Assembly (NCBI RefSeq): GCF_002113885.1
Contig: NW_018408148.1
Coordinates: 243,508-307,507, forward strand
Direction of reading: 5' to 3'
Source: Mizuhopecten yessoensis
Taxonomy: Eukaryota
DNA length: 64,000 nucleotides
In this document: in pieces, positions 1 to 11,078 of the stretch
How positions within the stretch are numbered: the first letter of the stretch is position 1
Layout: every line of letters begins with the position of its first letter
Translations under genes and position numbers: made by a program
The notes under the pieces: model-generated
What the model was told of the DNA's origin: nothing
What the model saw: the letters and a program-made list of their open reading frames with translations, nothing else
Databases searched by the model: none

Positions 1-2
1 AG

Positions 3-115
3 AGATTATCACTGGCATTCCCCCCTACTTTGATAAGAAACCCAAATTCCAGAACGTGGAGACCGGGTCAACTGTTCACTTTGAGGCCGTGGTCAGAGCT
101 TTACCACAGCCAGAT
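3..115 (+). CDS. Ig exon, N-half (IITGIPPYFDKKPKFQNVETGSTVHFEAVVRALPQPD)
   Basis: AG at 1-2, GTAAGT donor at 116; acceptor context truncated by window edge. Confidence 0.8.
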
Positions 116-229
116 GTAAGTAGAGTGGTCGAATAGTAGAAACAAATATTCTTCTTTTTATTTTGTTATAAATACAATGTATCATATTAATATTGAAAAA
201 TGAATTGTGTTAATTTGAAAAAGGTACTG

Positions 230-336
230 ACTCGGGTCGGTGGTTTTTCTCCAGGTACTTCAGCTTTCCTCCACCACCTTCTTTGCACGTTCTTAAATGA
301 CCGTAGCTGTAATTGGATGTAAAACACAACCAAACG
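230..336 (+). mobile_element. SINE fragment (V-SINE-like core and 3' tail)
   Basis: ggtcggtggtttttctccaggtacttcagctttcctccacc resembles the V-domain SINE core; recognised from memory only. Confidence 0.55.
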
Positions 337-521
337 AAATATGAAATAATGCAAATATTTCAGAATGTACAGAAAAAAGCAGAATGAAAGACTAGAGACG
401 TATCTTAATGTAATGCCAGTAGATTTATTCAGAAAGATGACACATTTAAGAGTCGAGTCACTCAGTAAATTGATGAATCTGTTCTTGATATTAAAGACGT
501 GATTATTGAATTCTGTTACAG

Positions 522-720
522 ATTATGTGGACACGGGAGGGAGCCATTATTTCCTCGTCAGACAAATACAGTGTGGAGACAGCCCCTCTACCTGAGGAGA
601 ACACCTACCACACCAGTCTGACACTGAACCAGGTCACATTGGGTGACGCTGGCACATACAAAGTCAGAGCGTCCAACGAGGAAGGCGACGCCAATGTGTC
701 TGTCTCGCTCCTCGTCAGAG
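522..720 (+). CDS. Ig exon, C-half (IMWTREG...DAGTYKVRASNEEG...LLVR)
   Basis: ttacag acceptor, gtaggt donor, in frame with the previous exon. Confidence 0.9.
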
Positions 721-1217
721 GTAGGTATCTCCGCGAAAGGAGGGTGGGTTGGGGGATAATATCTACGTTACTGACAGAAGAATAGGTCAGGGGAGTTCAT
801 TATTTTTACGCAGAACACTTGATACATTTACTGCTGGCTGAAACAGCTTTACAAGGTATTTTATTATAAAGGTTTACCTCCATTTTTTCAATTTTAAAAG
901 TATTTTATTGACAATACATATATAATACAAACATATAAGTTAACATTAAAGAAGATATTAGAACAGTAGTGACAAAAGAATCAGACAACAGGCTATGCCT
1001 ATATCAGTCTACTTCTTTACCTCCATGACACGATAGTTAGTCAGCGGAGTTCATTATTTGGCCGAAGAACACTGCTGGTGGAAACAGCTTTGCAGGGTAT
1101 TTTATGGAATATTCTTGAGTAGACAGAAAACAAGTTCTTATTTTAGAATTTTTCACAACATATCATGTATAAGTAGTGCTTATAAAGATAGAAATAATTT
1201 CTGTTTTGTTTGTCTAG

Positions 1218-1266
1218 ACGAAGGACCCAAGACGACAGACTTCCGTGATAGTCTCAAAAAAGAAGT
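1218..1266 (+). CDS. DFRxxL mini-exon 1 (DEGPKTTDFRDSLKKEV)
   Basis: tctag / gtaagt; phase 1 to 2. Confidence 0.85.
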
Positions 1267-1741
1267 GTAAGTACTGCATGATGTATTTTTAATCTGTTAA
1301 AGAGTATAATTTATCAAAGCTTTGGTTAGAGAGGATGTTGACCTGGCAGTAAGTGGTAGGTACCTGCTCTTGATTCAACTGATTAAGTTTGAATAAATGG
1401 TACAAAGATTGTTATTTTAACTTAACCATTTTTTTCTCTTTTTCTAGATGTGTGCTTAACTAATTTAGCTAGAAATTAGATGCGAGATATTTCAGTTTTA
1501 TTATTTTCCATTAATATTTGTTGCAATTTCAATTTCAGTTTCTCTAACTTAGATTTAGACTGTGTGAATTACTAATGAACTGTTTATCTCTAACTTCACA
1601 AATTATTTATTTTTTGAAATATTATTTTAGTTTATTAGCCCTGTAATTATAATACACTTGATTTTAGTTCATTACGAGGTAAAATCATCCACTGAACTAA
1701 CTTAATGTAATTTTGTAAATCACTTATTGTTCACAATGGAA

Positions 1742-1832
1742 TTAACCCTTTCACCCCTATGTAACTTTAGTAGACTCTACCATGTATTGATGTGGATGAG
1801 TCCATTATGGTCTACAGTGGTGAAAGGGTTGA
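1742..1832. mobile_element. ~90-bp piggyBac-like MITE, family A
   Basis: ttaa-ccctttcacc ... ggtgaaaggg-ttga inverted termini; opposite-orientation copy at 8738-8828. Confidence 0.65.
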
Positions 1833-2072
1833 ATTTGAGTTCATTATTCCAAGCAGAAGCTAACAGACTTGCATTGTTACAGTCGTAAAATTGAATATTT
1901 GGAAACAGTTGATTTTTAGCAATTTTATTTATGAAATTCCGGAATTGTAAGTGATTAACAAATTACAGTTTGGATTATGGTCACGTGACTAAAATCTAAA
2001 ATAAAAGTGATGTGCCATAACAGTGATCCGATAATTAAAATCATAAATTTCATTAATGCTGTCCACTCACAG

Positions 2073-2144
2073 GAAAACCAGGGTGGGCTTCAAATTAAAA
2101 AAGCCAAAACCACAAGTGGATTTCAGAGCTCATCTAAAGGAAGT
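2073..2144 (+). CDS. DFRxxL mini-exon 2 (KTRVGFKLKKPKPQVDFRAHLKEV)
   Basis: cacag / gtgagt; 72 nt; phase 2-2. Confidence 0.85.
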
Positions 2145-2199
2145 GTGAGTTACTACACCAGAGAAATGCGTTGGTGACACCTGTATTTTGTAACGCTTG

Positions 2200-2710
2200 C
2201 TTTGATTGGATGTTGTCAGAAAATCAAACCATACCTGTCGTGTTTTCTGATTGGATGTCAATCGAAATATACAACCAATATTATTCACCCGTTATGAATA
2301 TTTTTCCTGAATGGTTAAATATATCAACCAATGAAATAGCCTCTCTGTCTGAATGTCCTTGGAAACATCAAAAACCTTTCCTGTCGTGTTTTCTGATTGG
2401 ACGTCTATGGAAATATACAACCAATATTATTCACCCGTTATGAATATTTTTCCTGAATGGATATATACATCAACCAATGAAATAGTCTTCCTGACTGAAT
2501 GTCCTTTGAATCATCAACAACCTTTCCTGTCGTGTTTTCTGATTGGATGTCCGTTGAAATATACAACCAATACATGTAATCCCCTGTTAGGATTTATTTC
2601 CTGAATGGTTTTAAATATGTCAGAGAATGAAATGTCCTTGGAAACATCAACAATCTTTCCTTTGCCTGTTATATTTGTGTTCTATTGGCTTAAATATCAA
2701 CCAATGAAAA
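2200..2710. repeat. Intronic tandem repeat, ~146-bp unit, ~3.5 copies, rich in CCAAT/ATTGG
   Basis: ctgtcgtgttttctgattgg recurs at about 2235, 2381 and 2528. Confidence 0.85.
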
Positions 2711-3203
2711 ACCCTGTCTTCTATATTAGCACAATCATTTAACAACGAATTAGTCCAATATTTGGAATGAATTTTCCTTATAAACAACACCAAAAGTATT
2801 TGTGTAAAAAGGAGCTTTTGTTATTTTTCTAGCATGCTTTGACAGAATTCACAAATCAGCTTCATTTTTACACCTTGCAGAAACCAGGATGTATCATTTG
2901 TATAGCCTGCATTGATTGGTTGGTAGCCAAAAAACAATTGACCACTGAAATTCCTTCTTTTATTTGCTATATAAATGAAGTATAGTTTTTGTGTTGCCTC
3001 CATTTATTCATATCATGGATGAATTTAAGAAGTAAATCTTGTTTTCATGAATGTGTATTACAATGGTGTGCATGAATATAAATGGATGTATTGCACATTT
3101 TTAAATTCTGTTTCATTTTTGTTTCATGTGCATTTTTGATGATTTGCCACGAGGTTATCTTTCTTGCATGTTGTTGTAATTAGCATGTGATTGTGTTATA
3201 CAG

Positions 3204-3272
3204 AAAAACCAGGGTTGGAATAAAACATGCACCAGCACAGAAGGACTTCAGGGAAAATCTCAAAACTGAAGT
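3204..3272 (+). CDS. DFRxxL mini-exon 3 (KTRVGIKHAPAQKDFRENLKTEV)
   Basis: tacag / gtgagt; 69 nt; phase 2-2. Confidence 0.85.
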
Positions 3273-3622
3273 GTGAGTAAAATGGTTGTTAGGGGGAGAT
3301 TTCAAAAAGGAATTTCCATCAGTATCTAGGTAAATTTTCAAAACAGTTTAACAGATTGCAATTTCTTGTTTTTACATATATACAATAATGTATATATATT
3401 GAAAAGATAATGAATAAGTATTAAATAATAACAAGCTAAATGGGATCACTTAGGGAATTAGTTAAAGTAAAACTAACATCACATATAAACATTAAATGTG
3501 TCATGTATATTAGATAGCTTAATGTTAAAAATAACCAATTTGGGCCAATGCTAAGTGAAAGCGAAGCTCAAGATTTTCGATAAATAGTTTAGTTCACTTA
3601 TTGTTATCAAATTTGTGAACAG

Positions 3623-3691
3623 GAAAACGAAGGTCGGTGTATCACATGGTCCTGAGCAAATCGACTTCCGTGACAAACTCAAATCACAGGT
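3623..3691 (+). CDS. DFRxxL mini-exon 4 (KTKVGVSHGPEQIDFRDKLKSQV)
   Basis: aacag / gtaagt; 69 nt; phase 2-2. Confidence 0.85.
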
Positions 3692-4070
3692 GTAAGTACC
3701 TGACTCTCAAGGGTATGGACCCCTTACAATGTGATAATTACCTTCAGAAACTGTTGACACACTCTCACTCTGTGCACCTGTACAAATTACTCGTCTTTCT
3801 TTCCTATATCTCAGTTCTTTAACTCAGAACAAACTTGTTTTTGATGAAAAAATAATTATTAGTTCACTATTACATTTGTCCGATCTGGTATGATAAGCAT
3901 CCAGTTTTATCCATCCTAACATCGTTTATGTGTGTATTTTGCGTAATTTTGTCATTTGTATATTACATCATTGTTTTGTGTGTATGACATCATTGTTTTT
4001 TGTGTCTGAGATCATGTGTTTGTGTGTATGACATGCATGCTAATGAGATTTGTTATTGCCTTGGTAACAG

Positions 4071-4139
4071 TCGGACTAAGGAAGGGGTTTCCTTTGGAGC
4101 AGAACAATTAGACTTTAGGGATAGTCTCAAAAGCAAAGT
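4071..4139 (+). CDS. DFRxxL mini-exon 5 (RTKEGVSFGAEQLDFRDSLKSKV)
   Basis: aacag / gtgagt; 69 nt; phase 2-2. Confidence 0.85.
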
Positions 4140-4442
4140 GTGAGTATAGCAAATGGTTTCTGAAAGAAACCTTTAAAAAAATAAGAAAAAAATATTAACT
4201 CAAAGTCAGCTGTAAAAATTATCTCTACTTTTCATAAAGTGCTTGGAAATAGCTCTATATGTGGTTCAACAAATATAATTAAAAATAAGTTTGATGAAAT
4301 AAAAGGATACATAAAATATATTAAAATAAAATGAAGGGGAGGGAATTATGTCATGAGAAATACATCATGTGACTTTGTCATGTGATATATGTAATGTATG
4401 TCATGGGACATTTTCAAATTTGCATGAACTTTAACATGTTAG

Positions 4443-4511
4443 GAAAACCAAAGTCGGCATGTCCTATCAGGCGGAACAGGTGGATTATAGGGATGCGCTC
4501 CAGCGACAGGT
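4443..4511 (+). CDS. DYRxxL mini-exon 6 (KTKVGMSYQAEQVDYRDALQRQV)
   Basis: gttag / gtaagt; 69 nt; phase 2-2. Confidence 0.85.
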
Positions 4512-4770
4512 GTAAGTAGTAAATTTAAGTCATTTTAGCACAAGCTTATAAGTTTTTTGAGAAGTTATTAAATGATAAATGATTTAAAAAAAAAAGAAAC
4601 TAACAAAAACAACCTGTCTGCAGATTCTTACCTGAAGATTTTCCAAAATGGTAATTTAGAACTTTGTTAGCGGATTGAATCATTCTGAGTGACTGAATAA
4701 ATTACTTGCTGGTTATTTTCCGATGCATTGCATGACTGTGTTTTAACCTGCATGAACTTTGATGAAATAG

Positions 4771-4839
4771 GAAAACCAAAGTTGGAACAACCTTTGCGAC
4801 AGAACAGGTTGATCACAGAGATGCTCTTCAAAAGCAGGT
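4771..4839 (+). CDS. DHRxxL mini-exon 7 (KTKVGTTFATEQVDHRDALQKQV)
   Basis: aatag / gtaagt; 69 nt; phase 2-2. Confidence 0.85.
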
Positions 4840-5060
4840 GTAAGTAGTGAACGTTGAAACTTTTTTTTCGTTCTAGAAAGTTTTCCCAAATTTCAAAATA
4901 TCAAACAGCATTATTAATATTTCATAAAAAATGTAGCTAAAATGGATGCAAGTCCTTTGAATAAAATAAAATACCAAAACTAATAATACATTATAAAACT
5001 ATGTGTCGTAACATGATAAATGACGCTCTACTGATTGGCATGTCAAACTTCCATACATAG

Positions 5061-5129
5061 GCAAACCAAGGTGGGCACGTCTTTTGCCACGGAACAAGTT
5101 GATTATAGAGATGCGCTTCAGCGCCAGGT
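5061..5129 (+). CDS. DYRxxL mini-exon 8 (QTKVGTSFATEQVDYRDALQRQV)
   Basis: catag / gtaagt; 69 nt; phase 2-2. Confidence 0.85.
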
Positions 5130-5501
5130 GTAAGTAGTTAATAATGTTTTGTTAGAAATTCAAATTTTAGCTTTTTAGTTTTGAAAGATATTCCTTTTTT
5201 CAAAATAGACATAGCTTTAAAACAAATATCAGAAATGTAATTTTACTTTTAAACGGCAGATGAGACTAATTTCATAAACCATTGTATCCAAATATCACAT
5301 TTAGTCACGATTACATTTTGTACACTCTATCATCATTGGATGTCTCTTTACCATTATAAAGACAAATGTTGAACAGAATTTATAAAACAGGTCTGTTAAT
5401 GACTTTTACTGCGAGCTTTAATCAGCGAATCCTATTTTCATTATGTAATTTGCATGTTTGCTCTCATTGTGTGTCTTACTTGCATGGTTTTGATGATACA
5501 G

Positions 5502-5570
5502 CGATACCAAGGTCGGCACAGTCTATGCTTCAGAACAGGTGGACTATAGAGACACGCTCCAGAGGGAAGT
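5502..5570 (+). CDS. DYRxxL mini-exon 9 (DTKVGTVYASEQVDYRDTLQREV)
   Basis: tacag / gtgagt; 69 nt; phase 2-2. Confidence 0.85.
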
Positions 5571-5642
5571 GTGAGTACTTCTTAAACAAAGGGAGATAAG
5601 CAAAGAGAATCCACGCACTGAGAGAGGATATCTATATAGTTC

Positions 5643-6065
5643 AAGGGGGGTAACTCTAGAATAGGACCAAAGGGGGTAACTCTAGAATAGGACTAAAGGG
5701 GGTAACTGTAGAATAGGACCAAAGGGTGGTAACTCTAGAATGGGACCAAAGGGGGGTAACTCTAGAATAGGACCAAAGGGGGGTAACTCTAGAATAGGAC
5801 CAAAGGGGGGTAACTGTAGAATAGGACCAAAGGGGGATAACTGTAGAATAATACCAAAGGGGGTAACTCTAGAATAGGACTAAAGGGGAATAGCTCTAAA
5901 ATGGGACCGCAAGGGGGTTAACTATAGAATAAGATCACACAGTTTTTACTATAGAGGAGGACCACAGGGGGATAACTCTAGGTTAGGACCAAAGAGAGAA
6001 CTGCTCTAGGTTAGGACCAAAGACTGGACAACTCTAGATTAGGACCAAAGAGAGGACAACTCTTA
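5643..6065. repeat. Minisatellite, ~24-25-bp unit (aggggggtaactctagaataggacca)
   Basis: Directly visible tandem copies that degenerate toward the 3' end. Confidence 0.9.
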
Positions 6066-6270
6066 AGGGAGAACAAATCCTGATTTTTTTTTTCTAAATT
6101 AGGAATAACTCTGTTGAAGGAACTCAAGGATTACATACTGAACAGAAAATTGAAATAGGATTGTTTTAATGATTTTCATTGATAATAAAAACTGTTTTGA
6201 AAAGTTTTGAACTGATGTTTGTTTTGCATGTAATTATATTGTGATGTGCATGGTGGTTTGTGTTACACAG

Positions 6271-6339
6271 AACGACAAAGGTTGGGGTCACTTACGAATC
6301 TGAGCAGGTTGACTACCGCGATGCCTTACAGACAAAGGT
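6271..6339 (+). CDS. DYRxxL mini-exon 10 (TTKVGVTYESEQVDYRDALQTKV)
   Basis: cacag / gtaagt; 69 nt; phase 2-2. Confidence 0.85.
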
Positions 6340-6803
6340 GTAAGTATTTCGCCCTGCCGTAGGGCAGAGAGAATGAGACGATTACCTGTCTAACGATGCA
6401 AACAAAAAAATAAAAAAACATTACAGAGAGTTTATTTAATATTTAATTAAATTTCAAACAATTTCTTTCTGATATCAACATTTTTACCAAAAGTAATACT
6501 TACAGAATAAGATGTTGGAAGAAAAAGATTTTACAGAAGAACATCAACATTCTTGAACCTAAAATTCTGATGAAAAAATGAAAGATCTTTGAAGTATGAA
6601 GTAAAACTAGATAACATAATGAGTTGAAATTAAGTTTTAATGAATTTTTACCTAACACAATGACATCTAAAGAGAAATGTTAATGTCATAATCATATCGA
6701 AATTTTCAATTTACTTATAAATTGGAGAGAAATATTTATTGTCTAGAAACAGTAAAATTGCATTGGTTTTGCATGTTGCATGGTTTGCTTGTGTTTGCAA
6801 TAG

Positions 6804-6872
6804 GACAACCAAGGTAGGGACCCAAGGTTACCAGGCCGAGCAAATAGACTTCCGCGAAGTTTTACAAAAACA
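6804..6872 (+). CDS. DFRxxL mini-exon 11 (TTKVGTQGYQAEQIDFREVLQKQ)
   Basis: aatag / gtgagt; 69 nt; phase 2-2. Confidence 0.85.
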
Positions 6873-7110
6873 GTGAGTGGAATTTATTTCAGAATCATCC
6901 TCATCAGACGGATTCTTCTCCTTTTTTTGCAGGATTTATGCATTTGTTGAACCATCATATTTTATAGATCATTTATTTAATTGAATTTTTTTTTATGTAA
7001 AGATATCATTCATAAGAGATGTATCAATTACTATGATTTGAAATGTCAAGTCTATCTCAGACGTTAAAATATGGAGTATTTTATTATCATATTATCGTAC
7101 CTATTTTATC

Positions 7111-7201
7111 TTTACTCATTCACCCCTGAAATTTCATGATAAACTATTCCAACATTTTAATTGGAAGAGTTCAAATGTGTCTTCAGGGGTGAATGAGTGA
7201 A
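7111..7201. mobile_element. ~90-bp TTAA-type MITE, family B (copies near 8461-8560, 9243-9333, 10545-10644, 24231-24326, 42394-42484)
   Basis: ctcattcacccct ... aggggtgaatgag inverted termini, often TTAA-flanked. Confidence 0.7.
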
Positions 7202-7412
7202 GGTGTATCATTATGAATAAATGTTTCTTCGATCCCGATACCAGTGTGTGATGCCTACAGAGGTTTGTGTGACACCTGTAGCTATGTCTGTGAAGGACTT
7301 ATAAATAGATGTTTGCGTGACCCCTACAGGTGTGTTTGTGAAGGACTTATAAATAGATGTTTGCGTGACCCCTACAGGTGTGTTTGTCAATGGTTTATTT
7401 CTGTTGTTTCAG

Positions 7413-7482
7413 GACTTTGGAGGAATCCCAGACGGAAGTCCTGACAGCCGAACAGGTAGACTTCCGTGATGTTCTCCAGCAT
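7413..7482 (+). CDS. DFRxxL mini-exon 12 (TLEESQTEVLTAEQVDFRDVLQH)
   Basis: ttcag / gtaagt; phase 2 to 0, closes the array. Confidence 0.85.
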
Positions 7483-7661
7483 GTAAGTCTGTCGATGGCA
7501 TTATAAAGTCACTCTGCATCCTAATCTTACCCCAATGTACACGTTAAAATTCATAAACGATATTTTATCAATTTTTTATGTGGAACTCTTTTAGAATGGA
7601 GAAGCATATAACATTAAGGTAGCATTCATCCTTAAACACATCTATATATCACTCTGTTTAG

Positions 7662-7953
7662 GTCGAAGTGGTCGCACCAAGATTCGAGACCAGGATCGAG
7701 AGCGTGGTTACCAAGGAAGGTGAACCCGCCAAATTTTTCGTGAAAGTCACAGGAAAGCCGGCCCCCACCATTTCGTGGCACCATGACGACCAAGTTCTCA
7801 CCACTGACGAGATCTACAGGGTCACAGAGGGTGAGGAAGGGGAGAGCACTCTTGAACTGCCTGAAGTGTTCCTAGAGGACACTGGCAGGTATACAGTCAA
7901 AGCTGTCAACGAAGCTGGTGAAGCTATCGCCACAGCAGCACTAACAGTGACAG
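7662..7953 (+). CDS. Ig I-set exon (VEVVAPRFETRIES...LTVT), copy 1
   Basis: tttag / gtatgt; complete I-set domain. Confidence 0.9.
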
Positions 7954-8306
7954 GTATGTTCGAGCCTTTATCCTTACTTGCTATGTTTTCCATGTATGTA
8001 ATTTTATGTGAAATTCAATCATGGAGAAAAAGAAAAAAATGAGAAAAATTGAGAAAGAAATTTTATATGTCTGATTGTATCAGATTTCTTTCCAGAACAA
8101 AAGGTTGTTGCTGTGTGCTTAGGAAAATCAGAGCATAAATGATTTTGTCAATTCAATATTGAAAGGAAATGGAAAGAAAATATTCTAGGAGAAAATATAC
8201 TGAAATGATATCTATAACTATCTGATGAAGATTTTCTCAAAACCAAAATGAGGTATAGTTATTGTCCAAAGAAAATCTGAGGAGACCTTTTTTCTCAATT
8301 TTGCAG

Positions 8307-8439
8307 AGGAAATCGTTCAAGAGGAAACTTTCTCAACAACAGAAATCATTCAACAGGAAGTTACGCAGACAGTCGAATCGGAACAAGTGGTTTCTGTCCA
8401 GCAAACCATAGAAACCTCTGATGTCACCAGAACACAAGT
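8307..8439 (+). CDS. E/Q/T/V-rich linker exon (EIVQEETFSTTEII...TRTQV), copy 1
   Basis: tgcag / gtatgt; phase 1 to 2; open frame. Confidence 0.8.
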
Positions 8440-8737
8440 GTATGTAGCATTTCAGTTTTTTTAACTCATTCACTCCTACATATTTAAAATGGACTTGCCC
8501 GGTCTGTGAATTCTGTGATTTGGTAAGGTTCAAATGTTACTTTAGGGGTGAATGGGTTAAATAGTTCTGAACACAAGTGTTTGTAGCGTTTAATCTTCTT
8601 TTTCCAAGTAGTTTTGCAGGATTCTGTTGTTCAGAGCACTTTGAAATTAATGAGAAGATAATCTAAATTTTAAAAAAATACTATAATTTTTTTCATCAGC
8701 ATCTGATATTGATATGGTGTTTGCTTTTATATGAGCG

Positions 8738-8828
8738 TTAATCCTTTCTCCACTGTAGACAATAATGGACTCATCCAGATAAATGTATGATAGAGTCTAC
8801 TAAAGCTACCTAGGGGTGAAAGGGTTAA
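8738..8828. mobile_element. MITE family A copy
   Basis: ttaa ... ggggtgaaaggg-ttaa; reverse complement of 1742-1832. Confidence 0.65.
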
Positions 8829-8913
8829 AGGTCCTTACATATGTATCTTGTGAAGACAATATCCCGTCACATTGCCAGGTTCTGTAATTTCTTCTTCTGT
8901 ACAATTCTCACAG

Positions 8914-8994
8914 GCGACAATTTTTTGGTTATAAGTCTCCACCAGGACTTCTAGACTTCAGAAATGTTTTACGACCTATTACAATGAGGTCAAG
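8914..8994 (+). CDS. DFRxxL mini-exon 13 (RQFFGYKSPPGLLDFRNVLRPITMRS), copy 1
   Basis: cacag / gtgaga; 81 nt; phase 2-2. Confidence 0.75.
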
Positions 8995-9495
8995 GTGAGA
9001 AATGGGTTCTGTTACCGCGGCAACAAGGCCCATAACACAGAGTTGGATTGAAGTTTGATTGCTGAGGATAAAAAGTGTTGTTTTTTTGTTAGTTTTTTTC
9101 CAGTAAAAACATGCTAGATAAGTTTTGCTAGAAAAAAGAAAGTAGCCTCTTTCCATGGGTATTTGAAAAATTAAAAAAATTAATGAATTGAGTAATGTTT
9201 TGTGTGATGAAGTTTTTCAATTAATGTCGTACCTATTTTATCTTTACTCATTCACCCCTGAAATTTCATGATAAACTATTCCAACATTTTAATTGGAAGA
9301 GTTCAAATGTGTCTTCAGGGGTGAATGAGTGAAGGTGTATCATTATGAATAAATGTTTCTTCGATCCCGATACCAGTGTGTGATGCCTACAGAGGTTTGT
9401 GTGACCCCTGTAGCTAGTCTGTGAAGGACTTATAAATAGATGTTTGCGTGACCCCTACAGGTGTGTTTGTCAATGGTTTATTTCTGTTGTTTCAG

Positions 9496-9565
9496 GACTT
9501 TGGAGGAATCCCAGACGGAAGTCCTGACAGCCGAACAGGTAGACTTCCGTGATGTTCTCCAGCAT
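9496..9565 (+). pseudogene. Duplicated mini-exon 12 with destroyed donor (GT to TT at 9566)
   Basis: cagcat|ttaagt versus cagcat|gtaagt in copy 1. Confidence 0.75.
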
Positions 9566-9744
9566 TTAAGTCTGTCGATTGCATTATAAAGTCACTCTGC
9601 ATCCTAATCTTACCCCAATGTACACGTTAAAATTCATAAACGATATTTTATCAATTTTTTATGTGGAACTCTTTTAGAATGGAGAAGCATATAACATTAA
9701 GGTAGCATTCATCCTTAAATACATCTATATATCACTCTGTTTAG

Positions 9745-10036
9745 GTCGAAGTGGTCGCACCAAGATTCGAGACCATGATCGAGAGCGTGGTTACCAAGGA
9801 AGGTGAACCCGCCAAATTTTTCGTGAAAGTCACAGGAAAGCCGGCCCCCACCATTTCGTGGCACCATGACGACCAAGTTCTCACCACTGACGAGATCTAC
9901 AGGGTCACAGAGGGTGAGGAAGGGGAGAGCACTCTTGAACTGCCTGAAGTGTTCCCAGAGGACACTGGCAGGTATACAGTCAAAGCTGTCAACGAAGCTG
10001 GTGAAGCTATCGCCACAGCAGCACTAACAGTGACAG
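9745..10036 (+). CDS. Ig I-set exon, copy 2 (M and P where copy 1 has R and L)
   Basis: Intact splice sites; 292 nt as in copy 1. Confidence 0.8.
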
Positions 10037-10389
10037 GTATGTTCGAGCCTTTATCCTTACTTGCTATGTTTTCCATGTATGTAATTTTATGTGAAATTCA
10101 ATCATGGAGAAAAAGAAAAAAATGAGAAAAATTGAGAAAGAAATTTTATATGTCTGATTGTATCAGATTTCTTTCCAGAACAAAAGGTTGTTGCTGTGTG
10201 CTTAGGAAAATCAGAGCATAAATGATTTTGTCAATTCAATATTGAAAGGAAATGGAAAGAAAATATTCTAGGAGAAAATATACTGAAATGATATCTATAA
10301 CTATCTAATGAAGATTTTCTCAAAACCAAAATGAGGTATAGTTATTGTCCAAAGAAAATCTGAGGAGACCTTTTTTCTCAATTTTGCAG

Positions 10390-10522
10390 AGGAAATCGTT
10401 CAAGAGGAAACTTTCTCAACAACAGAAATCATTCAACAGGAAGTTACGCAGACAGTTGAATCGGAACAAGTGGTTTCTGTCCAGCAAACCATAGAAACCT
10501 CTGATGTCACCAGAACACAAGT
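10390..10522 (+). CDS. E/Q/T/V-rich linker exon, copy 2
   Basis: Duplicate of 8307-8439 with intact sites. Confidence 0.75.
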
Positions 10523-10997
10523 GTATGTAGCATTTCAGTTTTTTTTAACTCATTCACGCCTACATATTTAAAATGGACTTGCTCGGTCTGTGAATTCTGT
10601 GATTTGGTAAGGTTCAAATGTTACTTTAGGGGTGAATGGGTTAAATAGTTCTGAACACAAGTGTTTGTAGCGTTTAATCTTCTTTTTCCAAGTAGTTTTG
10701 CAGGATTCTGTTGTTCAGAGCACTTTGAAATTAATGAGAAGATAATCTAAATTTTAAAAAAATATTATAATTTTTTTCATCAGCATCTGATATTGATATG
10801 GTGTTTGCTTTTATATGAGCGTTAATCCTTTCTCCACTATAGACAATAATGGACTCATCCAGATAAATGTATGATAGAGTCTACTAAAGCTACCTAGGGG
10901 TGAAAGGGTTAAAGGTCCTTACATATGTATCTTGTGAAGACAATATCCCGTCACATTGCCAGGTTCTGTAATTTCTTCTTCTGTACAATTCTCACAG

Positions 10998-11078
10998 GCG
11001 ACAATTTTTTGGTTATAAGTCTCCACCAGGACTTCTAGACTTCAGAAATGTTTTACGACCTATTACAATGAGGTCAAG
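10998..11078 (+). CDS. DFRNVL mini-exon, copy 2
   Basis: Duplicate of 8914-8994. Confidence 0.7.

Noticed and set aside
2171-2604. Two similar ORFs
   Set aside because: Translations of the 146-bp tandem repeat; no fitting splice signals
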